A stretch of DNA of 55,184 nucleotides, from assembly GCA_046725795.1 (NCBI GenBank), contig JBKOZI010000003.1:1-55184 (forward strand), in the 5' to 3' direction. The position numbers and the translations under genes are program-made. Positions 17,401-26,588 of the stretch are shown piece by piece (positions within the stretch are counted from its first letter, which is position 1; every line of letters starts with the position of its first letter). Below the pieces are notes generated by a model, which did no database searches, was not told the origin of the DNA, and saw only the letters and a program-made list of their open reading frames with translations. Source of the stretch: Actinomycetota bacterium (GTDB lineage: Bacteria > Actinomycetota > Thermoleophilia > Solirubrobacterales > JBBDJG01).

Positions 17401-18074
17401 TGTGCCTCCCTCAGCACGTAGCCGACGCCGCGCATCGTGTGAATGAGGCGCGGGCGCCCTTCCTCTTCGAGCTTGCGTCGCAGGTAGCCGACGTACACGC
17501 CGAGCGAGTTCGACGCCGGCCCAAAGTCATAGCCCCAGACGCGCTCGTTGATCACGGACCTCGTGAGCACCTGGCGCGGGTTCCTCATGAACAGCTCCAG
17601 CAGCGAAAACTCCGTCCGCGTGAGCTCGATCGAGCGGCCGCCGATCCGCGCCTCGCGCATGTCGAGGTCGAGCGTGAGGCCGTCGAAGCGCAGCTCGCGG
17701 CCGTCGCCCGCCTCGTTCGTGCGACGCAGCAGCGCGCGTAGCCGCGCCAGCAGCTCCTCGAGCGCGAACGGCTTGACCAGGTAGTCGTCCGCGCCGGCGT
17801 CCAGTCCGGCGACCCGGTCGGCCACGCTCTCGCGGGCCGTCAGCATCAGCACCGGCACGCGATCGCCCGCTGCCCGTAAGCGACGGCAGACCTCGAGACC
17901 GTCGACGTCCGGCATCAGCACGTCGAGCACGACCGCATCCATCGTCCGCGCCTTGAGCTCGTCGAGCGCCTGTCCGCCACCCTCCGCCTCGGCAACCGTG
18001 TATCCCTCCAACGCCAGCGCTCGCCTCACCGAGCCGCGCACGGCGCGCTCGTCGTCGACGACGAGGATCCGCAT
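17397..18074 (-). CDS. OmpR/PhoB-type response regulator
   Basis: MRILVVDDE...DVLMPDVDG receiver domain plus a winged-helix C-terminus ...[11 protein letters not shown]. Its stop overlaps the kinase GTG start (GTGA). The track ORF extends spuriously to 18554. Confidence 0.95.
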   Translation of the reverse strand: MRILVVDDERAVRGSVRRALALEGYTVAEAEGGGQALDELKARTMDAVVLDVLMPDVDGLEVCRRLRAAGDRVPVLMLTARESVADRVAGLDAGADDYLVKPFALEELLARLRALLRRTNEAGDGRELRFDGLTLDLDMREARIGGRSIELTRTEFSLLELFMRNPRQVLTRSVINERVWGYDFGPASNSLGVYVGYLRRKLEEEGRPRLIHTMRGVGYVLREAQ

Positions 18075-18125
18075 GGAGGCCAGTTTCGTGGTTGAACCCA
18101 AGAGAATCGTAAGAATTCCCTGCTG

Positions 18126-18509
18126 ATGCGCCTCCTGGTCGACGGCATGAACGTGATCGGCTCCCGGCCGGATCGCTGGTGGCGCGATCGCGAGGGAGCG
18201 ATGCGCCGGCTCGTCTCCACGCTCGCCGCCTACGCCGTGGAGACGGGCGACGACGTGACTGTGGTGCTCGACGCGCGCCCGTTCGACCTCGGCGAGGGAC
18301 CGGGTCCGGTAGCGGTCCGATTTGCGCCCGGCGGTCGCAACGCCGGCGACGACGAGATCGTCCGGCTTCTGGAGCAGGAAGGAGCGCCCGAGACGGTGCG
18401 CGTGGTGACGTCGGACAAGGAGCTCGCTGCGCGCGCCGCAGCACTCGGTGCACGCGTCACGCCGGCGGGCGAGCTCCGATCCGAGCTGGACCGCTTCGAG
18501 CGGCGCTAG
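18126..18509 (+). CDS. NYN/YacP-like (PIN-fold) domain protein
   Basis: [19 protein letters not shown]... with VVTSD near the C-terminus, the layout typical of YacP-type NYN proteins. Confidence 0.75.
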   Translation: MRLLVDGMNVIGSRPDRWWRDREGAMRRLVSTLAAYAVETGDDVTVVLDARPFDLGEGPGPVAVRFAPGGRNAGDDEIVRLLEQEGAPETVRVVTSDKELAARAAALGARVTPAGELRSELDRFERR

Positions 18510-18616
18510 CGGCCCGCCGCCCGCCCCCGGACTCTGTGTGACCTCCATCCGCACTCGCTCGAGCCGAAGGGGATAGGCTCACCGCCGAGGTTGCCGGAGA
18601 GAGGACGGGAGGCTTT

Positions 18617-19453
18617 ATGAGTACAACGAGTGCGGCGCCTACGGCGGCCGCCCCTGTGCCGCGGCCGCGGCACTTCTACACGGAGCCGGAATGGATCGAG
18701 GTCGGAGGCCTGCGCGTCGCATACCGGCGCAAGGGAGACGGACCCGCGACGCTCTACCTGCACGGCGCGGGGCTCACGCGCATGTGGCTGCCCCTACACG
18801 AGCGTCTGTCGCAATCACTGGACCTGATCGCGCCCGAGCACCCCGGCTACGGCGAGACAGAGATGCCGGAATGGCTCGATGGCTTCGACGACCTCGTGAT
18901 CCACTACGACGCGCTGCTCGACGCGCTCGAGCTCGAGCGCGTGCACCTCGTCGGCTACTCGCTGGGCGGCTGGCTCGCTGCTGAGCTCGCCGTCTTCTAT
19001 CCGCACCGCTTCGAAAGCCTCACGCTGATCACCCCGGCCGGGCTCCGGATCCCGGGTAAGCCGATCGCCGATCTCTTCGCGATGGATCCGGAGAAGCTGT
19101 TCATGACGATATTCAACGATCCGACAAACCTGCCGCAGGTGCTTCCCGACTTCGAGAGCCTCGACGAGATCGAGCATCAGTTCGGCGAGGCTGCGACGCT
19201 CGCACGCCTGGCCTGGAACCCTCGGTTCGATCCAAAGCTGGAGCGGCGGCTCGAGCGCGTCGCCTGCCCCACGCTCGTCGTCCGCGCCGAGCACGACCGC
19301 CTGATCCCCGACGAGATGGCGGAGCGCTACGCGGAGCTGATCGCGGGCGCCCGTCTCGAGACGGTGCCGGGAACGGGCCACGCGCTCGTCGTGGAACAGC
19401 CCGAACGAACTGCGGACACCATCTCACCGTTCATCCAGGAGAGCGACTCATGA
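18617..19453 (+). CDS. alpha/beta hydrolase (meta-cleavage-product-hydrolase-like)
   Basis: HG oxyanion motif LYLHGAG, nucleophile elbow GYSLGG, C-terminal GHALVVEQP. GGGAGG lies upstream of the ATG. Confidence 0.9.
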   Translation: MSTTSAAPTAAAPVPRPRHFYTEPEWIEVGGLRVAYRRKGDGPATLYLHGAGLTRMWLPLHERLSQSLDLIAPEHPGYGETEMPEWLDGFDDLVIHYDALLDALELERVHLVGYSLGGWLAAELAVFYPHRFESLTLITPAGLRIPGKPIADLFAMDPEKLFMTIFNDPTNLPQVLPDFESLDEIEHQFGEAATLARLAWNPRFDPKLERRLERVACPTLVVRAEHDRLIPDEMAERYAELIAGARLETVPGTGHALVVEQPERTADTISPFIQESDS

Positions 19454-20823
19454 ACAAGCTCGAGAACAAGCTCGACTTCTATGCCTTCCACCTGATGCCC
19501 TACCCGTATATCCCGCCGGGGGAGGAGATCGAGTCGACATGGGTGACGCTCTCCAACAGTCACTACGACCCGAAGGTCGGGCACCGCCTGTACAACGAAT
19601 ACCTCGAGCAACTGATCGCGGCGGAGAAGCTCGGCTACGACGGCGTCTGCGTCAACGAGCATCACCAGAACGCCTACGGCACGATGCCCTCGCCGGACAT
19701 CATGGCCGCTTACCTGGCGGCCAAGACCGAGCGGATCCCGATCGGGATCATCGGCAACGCGCTTCCGCTCCACTCCAACCCCGTGCGGGTCGCGGAGGAG
19801 GTCGCGATGCTCGACGTCATCTCCGGCGGGCGCATCATCTCGGGCTTCGTACGGGGCACGGGCATGGAGTACCACTCCTATGGCTCCAACCCCAGCTACT
19901 CGCAGGAGCGCTTCTGGGAAGCTCACGACCTGATCATCAAGGCGTGGACCGAGCCCGGCCCGTTCGAGTGGGAGGGCAAGCACTTCCACCTTCCCTACGT
20001 GAACCCGTGGCCGCTGCCGCTGCAGCAGCCGCATCCGCCAGTCTGGCTGCCGGGCTCAGGATCGCTTGAAACAGTGCGCAAGGCAGCGATGCTGCGCTAC
20101 CCGTTCATGATGGTGTTCGCGCCGCAGTGGTTCACCAAGAGGAACTACGACATGTACCGGAAGGCGGCCGAGGAGAACGGCTACGAGGCCTCGCCGAAGC
20201 AGCTCGCGGCGGCGATCCCGACCTACGTCGCCGAGACCGACGCGCAGGCACACCGGGAAGCGAAGCCGCACCTGATGTGGCTGTTCCAGAACGGGCTCAA
20301 GATCCCGCCCTACCACTGGTTCCCCCCCGGCTACACGAGCAAGACCTCGTTCAAGAACATGCTCGCCGCGAAGGTCAAGCACAACATCAAGGACCACTGG
20401 GAGCTGACCTGGGACGAGCTGATCGACCAGCGCTACATCATCGTCGGCTCGCCCGACACCGTGATCGAGCGGCTGACCGAGTTCACCGACGACCTCGGCG
20501 CGGGGATCGTCCTGGGCGCCGGCGGGCACATGGGCTCGATGCCCCACTGGCAGGCGATGAAATGCATGCAGATCATGGCCGAGGAGGTGATTCCGCACTT
20601 CCGGGAGCCGGACGGCAAGCCCAGCTATGCGCGGGAAGACCTCCCTGGTGCGAGGACGCGAACGGAATACGCGGCGACCGTCGACAAGCCGGAGCTGCGC
20701 CCACGGGCGCGGCTCGACGGCGACGGCCTGGTGGAGACCGAGCTGGCGCACATCCCGGAGATCGTGGAAAGAACGGGCGCGAATGGGGATGTTCCCTCGA
20801 CGAGTCCGGAGAAGATCGGCTGA
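19450..20823 (+). CDS. LLM-class (luciferase-like) flavin-dependent oxidoreductase
   Basis: ...EKLGYDGVCVNEHHQNAYG...LDVISGGRIISGFVRG pattern. ATGA overlap with the preceding hydrolase gene. Confidence 0.85.
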   Translation: MNKLENKLDFYAFHLMPYPYIPPGEEIESTWVTLSNSHYDPKVGHRLYNEYLEQLIAAEKLGYDGVCVNEHHQNAYGTMPSPDIMAAYLAAKTERIPIGIIGNALPLHSNPVRVAEEVAMLDVISGGRIISGFVRGTGMEYHSYGSNPSYSQERFWEAHDLIIKAWTEPGPFEWEGKHFHLPYVNPWPLPLQQPHPPVWLPGSGSLETVRKAAMLRYPFMMVFAPQWFTKRNYDMYRKAAEENGYEASPKQLAAAIPTYVAETDAQAHREAKPHLMWLFQNGLKIPPYHWFPPGYTSKTSFKNMLAAKVKHNIKDHWELTWDELIDQRYIIVGSPDTVIERLTEFTDDLGAGIVLGAGGHMGSMPHWQAMKCMQIMAEEVIPHFREPDGKPSYAREDLPGARTRTEYAATVDKPELRPRARLDGDGLVETELAHIPEIVERTGANGDVPSTSPEKIG

Positions 20824-21069
20824 CGGGCGACCCTGACCCCAAGACCGAGGAGCTGCGTGCGGTCCAGGATGAGCGTCTCCAGGAAGAGCGCGAGCAGGAA
20901 CGCGAGTCGACGACCGAGGAGGAAGCCGTACAGCACGCACGCCGCGCCGACAAGGCGGCCTACCTGCGCGAGAAGCTGGAGGAACGCGCCAAGTCCGAGC
21001 GCGAGGACGAGTAGTGGCGGCGCGCGGCAACGGTATGCGTGCCGAGATCGCGACAGCGGACAGGTTGTT

Positions 21070-21933
21070 CTGAGCGGACCGCTGCTAGTGGTGGACGCGC
21101 CCTCGGTGCTCTACCGCGCCTTCTTCGCGCTCCCGAAGACGATCACGGACGACCGCAAGCGACCGGTCAACGCGCTGCTCGGCGCGCTGAACATGGTGCT
21201 GCAGGTGGTGTCCGAGCACGAGCCGAGGGCGGTCGTCTTCTGCTTCGGGCCCGACGCCGCCGAATACCGCGTCGAGCTCTACCCGCCGTACCATGCCGAC
21301 CGCCCACCGGTGCCGGCGGAGCTCGCGTGGCAGCTCGAGGAAGCGCCCGGTCTGTTCGCGGCGTTCGGGTGGAGCACAGTGTGGGACGACACGCTCGAGG
21401 CCGACGACCTGCTCCATACGCTCGCCGAGGCGGAGGTCCGCGCAGGCGGCCGTGCCCTCCTCCTGACCGGTGACCGGGACCTCTTCCAGTGCGTGCGCGA
21501 CGCCGTGACGGTGCTGTATCTGCGCACCGGGGTGAAGGGCACCGAGGTCGTCGACGCGGCGGAAGTGGAGCGCCGCTACGGCGTACCGCCCGAGCTTGTC
21601 CCCGACTTCATCGCGCTACGCGGAGATCCCTCGGACGGGCTCCCGGGAGCCAGGGGAATCGGCGAGAAGACGGCGGCCGAGCTGCTTCGGCGACACGGAT
21701 CGCTGGAAGGCGCGATCACGGGCGCGCTCCGTGAGCGGTCGGCTCGCGTGCGCGGGGCACTCCGCGATTCCGCCGATGAGCTGCGCGCGTTCAAGGACAT
21801 CGCGACCCTGCGGCGCGCAAAGGGAGTCCGCCGGCCTCGCGGCCGCGCGACCGACTTCGCGGCCGGGGCGAAGGCCGTGCGGGCACTCGGGATGAACCGA
21901 CTGGGCGAGCGCGTCGAGCGGCTGGCGCGCTAA
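21070..21933 (+). CDS. 5'-3' exonuclease (FEN / Pol I N-terminal-domain-like)
   Basis: LLVVDAPSVLYRAFFALP, LLTGDRDLFQ, and the H3TH region LRGDPSDGLPGARGIGEKTA. The start is unresolved. CTG 21070 fits the family N-terminus best. The canonical options are GTG 21088/21091 (very short N-terminus) or GTG 20857 (71-aa Arg/Ser-rich extension). Confidence 0.85.
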   Translation: MSGPLLVVDAPSVLYRAFFALPKTITDDRKRPVNALLGALNMVLQVVSEHEPRAVVFCFGPDAAEYRVELYPPYHADRPPVPAELAWQLEEAPGLFAAFGWSTVWDDTLEADDLLHTLAEAEVRAGGRALLLTGDRDLFQCVRDAVTVLYLRTGVKGTEVVDAAEVERRYGVPPELVPDFIALRGDPSDGLPGARGIGEKTAAELLRRHGSLEGAITGALRERSARVRGALRDSADELRAFKDIATLRRAKGVRRPRGRATDFAAGAKAVRALGMNRLGERVERLAR

Positions 21934-21963
21934 GCGCCTCGAGGGTTCCCAGTGCGGCGAGGC

Positions 21964-22761
21964 TCAGGCGGCTGCGCGAGCGCGCACTACCGGCGCGCCT
22001 CGAGACTTGAGCGCGAGGCGCGGCCGAAGCGCCCTGTCGACGACGTCGAAGACCGCGCCGTGGACCGACATACCGCAATGCGTCGAGTCGACCTCCACCT
22101 GCCGCGCGGCCGGGTCGAGGCATGCGCGCCAGTCGACGATGCCGTCGCTGCGCGAGTAGACCGCGACGAAACGTACCTTGGCCGGAAACTCGGCCGTGAG
22201 GTCGTTCGCGAACTGCGTGCAGCAGCTGCCGGTCATGCAGGCGTGACTTGCAATGCCGGGAACCCCGACGGACCCGAGCGTCACGAGCGCGGCGCCCTGC
22301 AGCCATACGATCGGATGCACCGCGAGGGGAGCGAGATGGGGAGACCCGAGCGTGACGATGCCCCGGACCAGTTCCGGTCGCCGAACGGCCAGCACGCGGG
22401 CGAAGGTTCCCCCGCGGCTCTGTCCCACGATAAATACCTGCTCACCCTGCTCCTCGCAGAAGCGCTCCAGGCACCGCTCGAGCCGGGTCACTGCCGCCTC
22501 GGAGCAATCCACATTCAGCCGCATCCCGGCTCGCCGGGTCCGATGTCCGGAGCGCTTGAGCCACGATCCCAGCATGCGGAGCGACTGGTCGCCGGTCAGG
22601 AATCCCGGAATCAGCATTACCGCCCTGCTCTCGGGGGCCTCCGGCGGCTCCCGGAACCGCTCGTCCCGCAGCAGCTTCCGCATCTCGAGACCAAACCGGT
22701 ATTCCCGCCAGACAGGTGGCGGCGAAAGGATCGATCGAAGGCTCATCATGCGTGGTCCCAT
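21964..22761 (-). CDS. alpha/beta hydrolase, lipase/esterase-like
   Basis: Nucleophile elbow GQSRGG, with VMLIPGFLTGD upstream of it. Confidence 0.75.
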   Translation of the reverse strand: MGPRMMSLRSILSPPPVWREYRFGLEMRKLLRDERFREPPEAPESRAVMLIPGFLTGDQSLRMLGSWLKRSGHRTRRAGMRLNVDCSEAAVTRLERCLERFCEEQGEQVFIVGQSRGGTFARVLAVRRPELVRGIVTLGSPHLAPLAVHPIVWLQGAALVTLGSVGVPGIASHACMTGSCCTQFANDLTAEFPAKVRFVAVYSRSDGIVDWRACLDPAARQVEVDSTHCGMSVHGAVFDVVDRALRPRLALKSRGAPVVRARAAA

Positions 22762-22879
22762 GAAAGCTTCATCCCTGACTAACTGTCAGCTTACGGCAGG
22801 AGACGGCGGCTCCGCCACCACGGTTTGGCTCTATCGCGCTCTTTGCGGGGCCAAGCCGAATGGGATTACCATCCTCGCG

Positions 22880-23482
22880 ATGGACGAGGTCCTTCCCGGC
22901 GTCTTCCACTGGACCGCCTTCCACCAGGGGATCGGCATCGACGTGAGCTCGTATTTCGTCGAAGGCTCCGGAACCCTGATCGACCCGATGCTGCCGGAGG
23001 AAGGGATCGAATGGTTTCGCGATCGGCGCGCGCCTGAGCGGATCGTGCTGACGACACGCCACCATTACCGTCACAGCGATGCCTTCGTGAAGGAGTTCGG
23101 CATCGAGGTGTGGTGTCACGAGGAGGGTCTGCACGAGTTCGAGAACGGTCCGAGCGTCCGCGGCTTCTCTTTCGGCGACACGCTTGCGGCGAACGTCACG
23201 GCGGTCGAGCTGGATGCGATCTCACCCGATGACACCGCGCTCCGGATCGACGCCGATCGAGGCGTGTTCGCGTTCGGGGACGGACTGGTCCACTGGGGCG
23301 AAGGACGCATCGGGTTCGTGCCGGACAACTTCCTCGGCGACGATCCCGAGCCCGTCAAGCAGGGCCTCCGCGCTGCGCTCGGGCGCCTGCTCGAGCAGGA
23401 CTTCGATCACCTCTTCTTCGCGCACGGCGATCCGATCGTGGGCGACGGGCGCCAGGCGCTCGAGAACTTCCTGCGTAATTGA
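22880..23482 (+). CDS. MBL-fold metallo-hydrolase-like protein
   Basis: ...GSGTLIDP...IVLTTRHHYRHSD (degenerate HxHxDH) ...FAHGDP. ATG 22880 lies within track ORF 22253..23482, whose upstream part is antisense to the hydrolase gene. Confidence 0.65.
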   Translation: MDEVLPGVFHWTAFHQGIGIDVSSYFVEGSGTLIDPMLPEEGIEWFRDRRAPERIVLTTRHHYRHSDAFVKEFGIEVWCHEEGLHEFENGPSVRGFSFGDTLAANVTAVELDAISPDDTALRIDADRGVFAFGDGLVHWGEGRIGFVPDNFLGDDPEPVKQGLRAALGRLLEQDFDHLFFAHGDPIVGDGRQALENFLRN

Positions 23483-23509
23483 CGGAGGGGCGCGCGAGCG
23501 CCCCTCCGT
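23482..23509. terminator. perfect 12-bp hairpin with GCGA loop between convergent genes
   Basis: ACGGAGGGGCGC-GCGA-GCGCCCCTCCGT. No U-tract on either side. Confidence 0.45.
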
Positions 23510-23525
23510 CGTTCAGCCGTCCTGG

Positions 23526-24110
23526 CTACGCACCTACCGTGGCGGTGCGCTGCTCCTCGTGCACGCCTTGTGCGAACTCCTCGACGATCTTTGCGTTGAA
23601 GGCAGGGAGATCGTCGGGCCAGCGGCTGCTGACGAGGCCGCGGTCGACGACGACCTCTTCGTCACCGATCCACTCGCCGCCCGCGTTCCGGATGTCGGTC
23701 TTGAGGCTCGGCCACGAAGCCAGCCTGCGGCCTCGGACGACGTCCGCCTCCACCAGCGTCCACGGGCCGTGGCAGATCACGCCGACCGGCTTGCCGTTCT
23801 CGAAGAACGACCGCGCGAACGAGACCGCGGTGTCCTTCGTGCGCAGGATGTCGGGGTTCGCGACGCCGCCCGGCAGCACCAGCGCTTCGTAGCCGGACAC
23901 GTCGGCTTCGTCCACCGTCCTGTCCACGTCGAACTTGTCTGCTTTATCGAGGTGGTTGAAGGCCTGGATCTGCCCAGGCTCGATCGAGATCAGCTCCGGC
24001 TCGCCGCCGGCGTCCTCGATCGCCTTCCAGGGCTCGGTCAACTCGACCTGCTCCACTCCTTCGTTTGCGACCAGAAACGCAATCTTCTTTCCGTTCAGAG
24101 GCTGCGCCAT
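23526..24110 (-). CDS. DJ-1/PfpI family protein (type 1 glutamine amidotransferase-like)
   Basis: KKIAFLVANEGVEQVEL..., nucleophile elbow GVICHGPW. AAGGAGAGG lies upstream of the ATG. Confidence 0.95.
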   Translation of the reverse strand: MAQPLNGKKIAFLVANEGVEQVELTEPWKAIEDAGGEPELISIEPGQIQAFNHLDKADKFDVDRTVDEADVSGYEALVLPGGVANPDILRTKDTAVSFARSFFENGKPVGVICHGPWTLVEADVVRGRRLASWPSLKTDIRNAGGEWIGDEEVVVDRGLVSSRWPDDLPAFNAKIVEEFAQGVHEEQRTATVGA

Positions 24111-24437
24111 TCGCCTCTCCTTTCGCCTTCGCTTCCATCTCCTCTCTAGATCGCGCTACCCGCTGTCGCGGCAGGCAAACGGGCACCCCGGGGCCCATTT
24201 GCAAAGCGGGGAAGAGGGCTCGAGCAGATGTGGGCGGTGGCCCACGAAACGGCAACGCGATGGTCAATCAAGCGCCCTCGAGCCGTAATGCGTATCGGCA
24301 CTATCTGGATTCGATACCCATAGGGTGCTCAAACGAGCGCTCGGTGCTTCGCGGTCACCCAGGCTCGCGAACCCGCACCAAAGGCTCCTGATTCGTGCGT
24401 TTGTGGCACAGGGCTCGGCATGCGTTCGACGCACCCC

Positions 24438-25547
24438 TTATCGCCGGTCTTGTCGCTGCTTCGAACCACCGATTGCCGATTGAGAACCGCCGCCGGCGAA
24501 CCTTGTAGGCCGTTCGGCGTCTCCCGACGCGAGCGCGTCGTGCGTGTGCCAGTAGAGCACCGGCCCATCGCCGAGCTCCCCGCGCTCGCGGAGCGCCAGC
24601 AGCGCCGCCATCGCCTTGCCGGTGTAGACCGGTTCGAGCGCAAGCCCTTCCTCGCGGCGGGCAAGGTCCAGCGCCCGATCGGCCTCGCTCGTCCGGTGAC
24701 CGTAGCCCCGGCCGAGCCAGCGTTTCTCGACGCGCATGTCGGCCGGCGTGATCGTGATCGCCGGCAGTTGCGCGCCACGCCGCTCGAGCAGCCGCCGGGC
24801 ACGCCCGGCCAGGCGCGCCAGCCGGCGCGGGCTGAGCGGCATGCGGTCGTTGACCTGGATCGCCACGACCTGTGTGGGGAGTCCCGCGAGCGCGAGCCCG
24901 AGCACCAGGCCGGCCGCCGTCCCGCCTGACCCGAGCGCGACGACCACGTGTGTCGGCACCGGCAGCTCGCCTCGCTCGACCTGCGCCGCGAGCTCGAGCG
25001 CGGCGTCGACGTAGCCGAGCGCCCCAACCGCCGAGGATCCGCCGACGGTGAGGAAGTACGGTGGCCTAAAGGTGCGCCAATCCGTGTGGCCCGCATATAT
25101 GCGCGGGAGCGCTGCCACCGTCCTGAACGTGCCGTGGGTCTTGTAGACGTGCGCGCCCGAGCGCTCGATCCGGGCCAGCTGCCGCTCGACGTGCTCGTCC
25201 AAGGGCTGATCGACCAGGGCGAGCACCGTGCGAAGTCCCTGCTCGCGAGCGTAGAGCGCGGTCGCCAGGCCGTGATTCGTGGCGAGCGCGCCCACGGTGA
25301 AGATCGTGCGGCGGCGCTTTCGCCGCACGTCGGGCAGGATCCACTCGAGCTTCCGCGCCTTGTTACCGCCCCACACGCTCCCGAAGACGCCGTCGTCCTT
25401 GAGCCAGATCTCGCCTTCGCCGTGACCTCCTGCGAGTCGCTCCAGCCTCTGCAGCCTGCGGACCGGCGTGGGGCGACCGCCGAGCGCGAGGTGCGGGAGC
25501 GAGTCGCGGAGCGCCGGGAAGCGCTCGTGCAGGGGCGGCCGGCTCAG
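24438..25547 (-). CDS. PLP-dependent D-cysteine desulfhydrase / ACC deaminase family protein
   Basis: [12 protein letters not shown] and [10 protein letters not shown] motifs. The track ORF starts at GTG 25376, but about 57 conserved in-frame codons (RFPAL...GGRPTP...IWLKDDG) lie upstream with no ATG/GTG/TTG. I extended it to CTG 25547, which overlaps the msrB stop (CTGA). Confidence 0.8.
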   Translation of the reverse strand: MSRPPLHERFPALRDSLPHLALGGRPTPVRRLQRLERLAGGHGEGEIWLKDDGVFGSVWGGNKARKLEWILPDVRRKRRRTIFTVGALATNHGLATALYAREQGLRTVLALVDQPLDEHVERQLARIERSGAHVYKTHGTFRTVAALPRIYAGHTDWRTFRPPYFLTVGGSSAVGALGYVDAALELAAQVERGELPVPTHVVVALGSGGTAAGLVLGLALAGLPTQVVAIQVNDRMPLSPRRLARLAGRARRLLERRGAQLPAITITPADMRVEKRWLGRGYGHRTSEADRALDLARREEGLALEPVYTGKAMAALLALRERGELGDGPVLYWHTHDALASGDAERPTRFAGGGSQSAIGGSKQRQDRR

Positions 25548-25948
25548 CTTGTTTCGGCTGAGTCGAGCTCGAGCGAGATCGAGTTGATGCAGTAGCGCTG
25601 GCCGGTCGGCGCGGGTCCGTCGTCGAACACATGCCCCAGATGCGAGCCGCAGCGCGCGCAGACCACCTCCGTGCGGCTCATGCCGTGACTTCGGTCGGGC
25701 CGCAGCTCGACCCGCTCGGCCGCCGTGGGCTCGTAGAAGCTGGGCCAGCCGGTGCCGGAGTCGAACTTGGTCTCGGAGCTGAAGAGCTCGTTGCCGCAGG
25801 CGGCGCAGCGGTAGACGCCGTCCTCCTTCGAATAGACGTACTTGCCGGTGAACGGCGGCTCCGTCCCCTGCCGCCTCAGAACCTCGTACTGCTCAGGGGT
25901 CAGCTCGCGGCCCCATTCCTCCTCGCTCTTTGTGACCTTCGTCTCCAC
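25544..25948 (-). CDS. msrB: peptide-methionine (R)-S-oxide reductase MsrB
   Basis: Two CxxC pairs ([21 protein letters not shown]) and RYCINS. GTG start with GGGAGG upstream. Confidence 0.97.
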   Translation of the reverse strand: METKVTKSEEEWGRELTPEQYEVLRRQGTEPPFTGKYVYSKEDGVYRCAACGNELFSSETKFDSGTGWPSFYEPTAAERVELRPDRSHGMSRTEVVCARCGSHLGHVFDDGPAPTGQRYCINSISLELDSAETS

Positions 25949-26061
25949 TGCCGACCTCCCGCGCTCGTTTGGCTCCGGTGGTCAATGGTAAGCGAGGACC
26001 CCCGGCAGGGCCGCACGCCCGGCGGCGTACCGTCGGGCGTGCCAGTAGTTCCGGCTTTGCG

Positions 26062-26514
26062 TTACCAGGTGCCGCCGCTCTGAGCCGAGCAGCCGCCTTT
26101 GTCCGCCGTGCCTGTCGCGCAGGAACGGCTGGTGGCCCCGTTAGAGGACCGCGACAGGGTGAAGGTCGCCGCATTCGAGTCACGGTTCGAGGTCACGACG
26201 ATCTGGTAGTTGTTGGACCCCGAGCTCACGGCGAGGCGTGAGCCGGCGTCGTTCAACGTGGGCTCGATCGATGTCAGCGAGCCGAGCGAGCAGTTGGTGT
26301 ACGCGCCGTTGTTGTCGGTGGCACACGTCTCCATCGCCTCGGCGGCAGTCACAGCAGTGGACTTGGCCTCGGCGTCGTTGCCCTTGCTCCTCTGGTTGAG
26401 GAACGAGGGAATTGCGATCGCGGCAAGGATGCCGATGATCAGAATGACGACCAGGAGCTCGATGAGGGTGAAACCACCCTCCTCCTGGGCGCGGTGGCGA
26501 AGAGTTGGGAGCAT
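26062..26514 (-). CDS. type IV pilin / prepilin-type N-terminal methylation-domain protein
   Basis: Class III signal ...EEGG|FTLIELLVVILIIGILAAIAIPSF. AAGGAGGG lies upstream of the ATG. Confidence 0.9.
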   Translation of the reverse strand: MLPTLRHRAQEEGGFTLIELLVVILIIGILAAIAIPSFLNQRSKGNDAEAKSTAVTAAEAMETCATDNNGAYTNCSLGSLTSIEPTLNDAGSRLAVSSGSNNYQIVVTSNRDSNAATFTLSRSSNGATSRSCATGTADKGGCSAQSGGTW

Positions 26515-26588
26515 CCGCCCTCCTTTCGACCTTCCTGATCGACCGCGCTGAGCGCCTCCTTGAGAGGAGCCAACGCAGCTAGCCGAAA

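Noticed and set aside
20857-21069. GTG 20857 (GAGGAG 4 nt upstream) as the exonuclease start
   Set aside because: The apparent SD is itself in-phase GAG GAG codons of the charged ORF. The resulting 71-aa extension is Arg/Ser-rich with no counterpart in the family. It is kept only as an alternative in the feature note.
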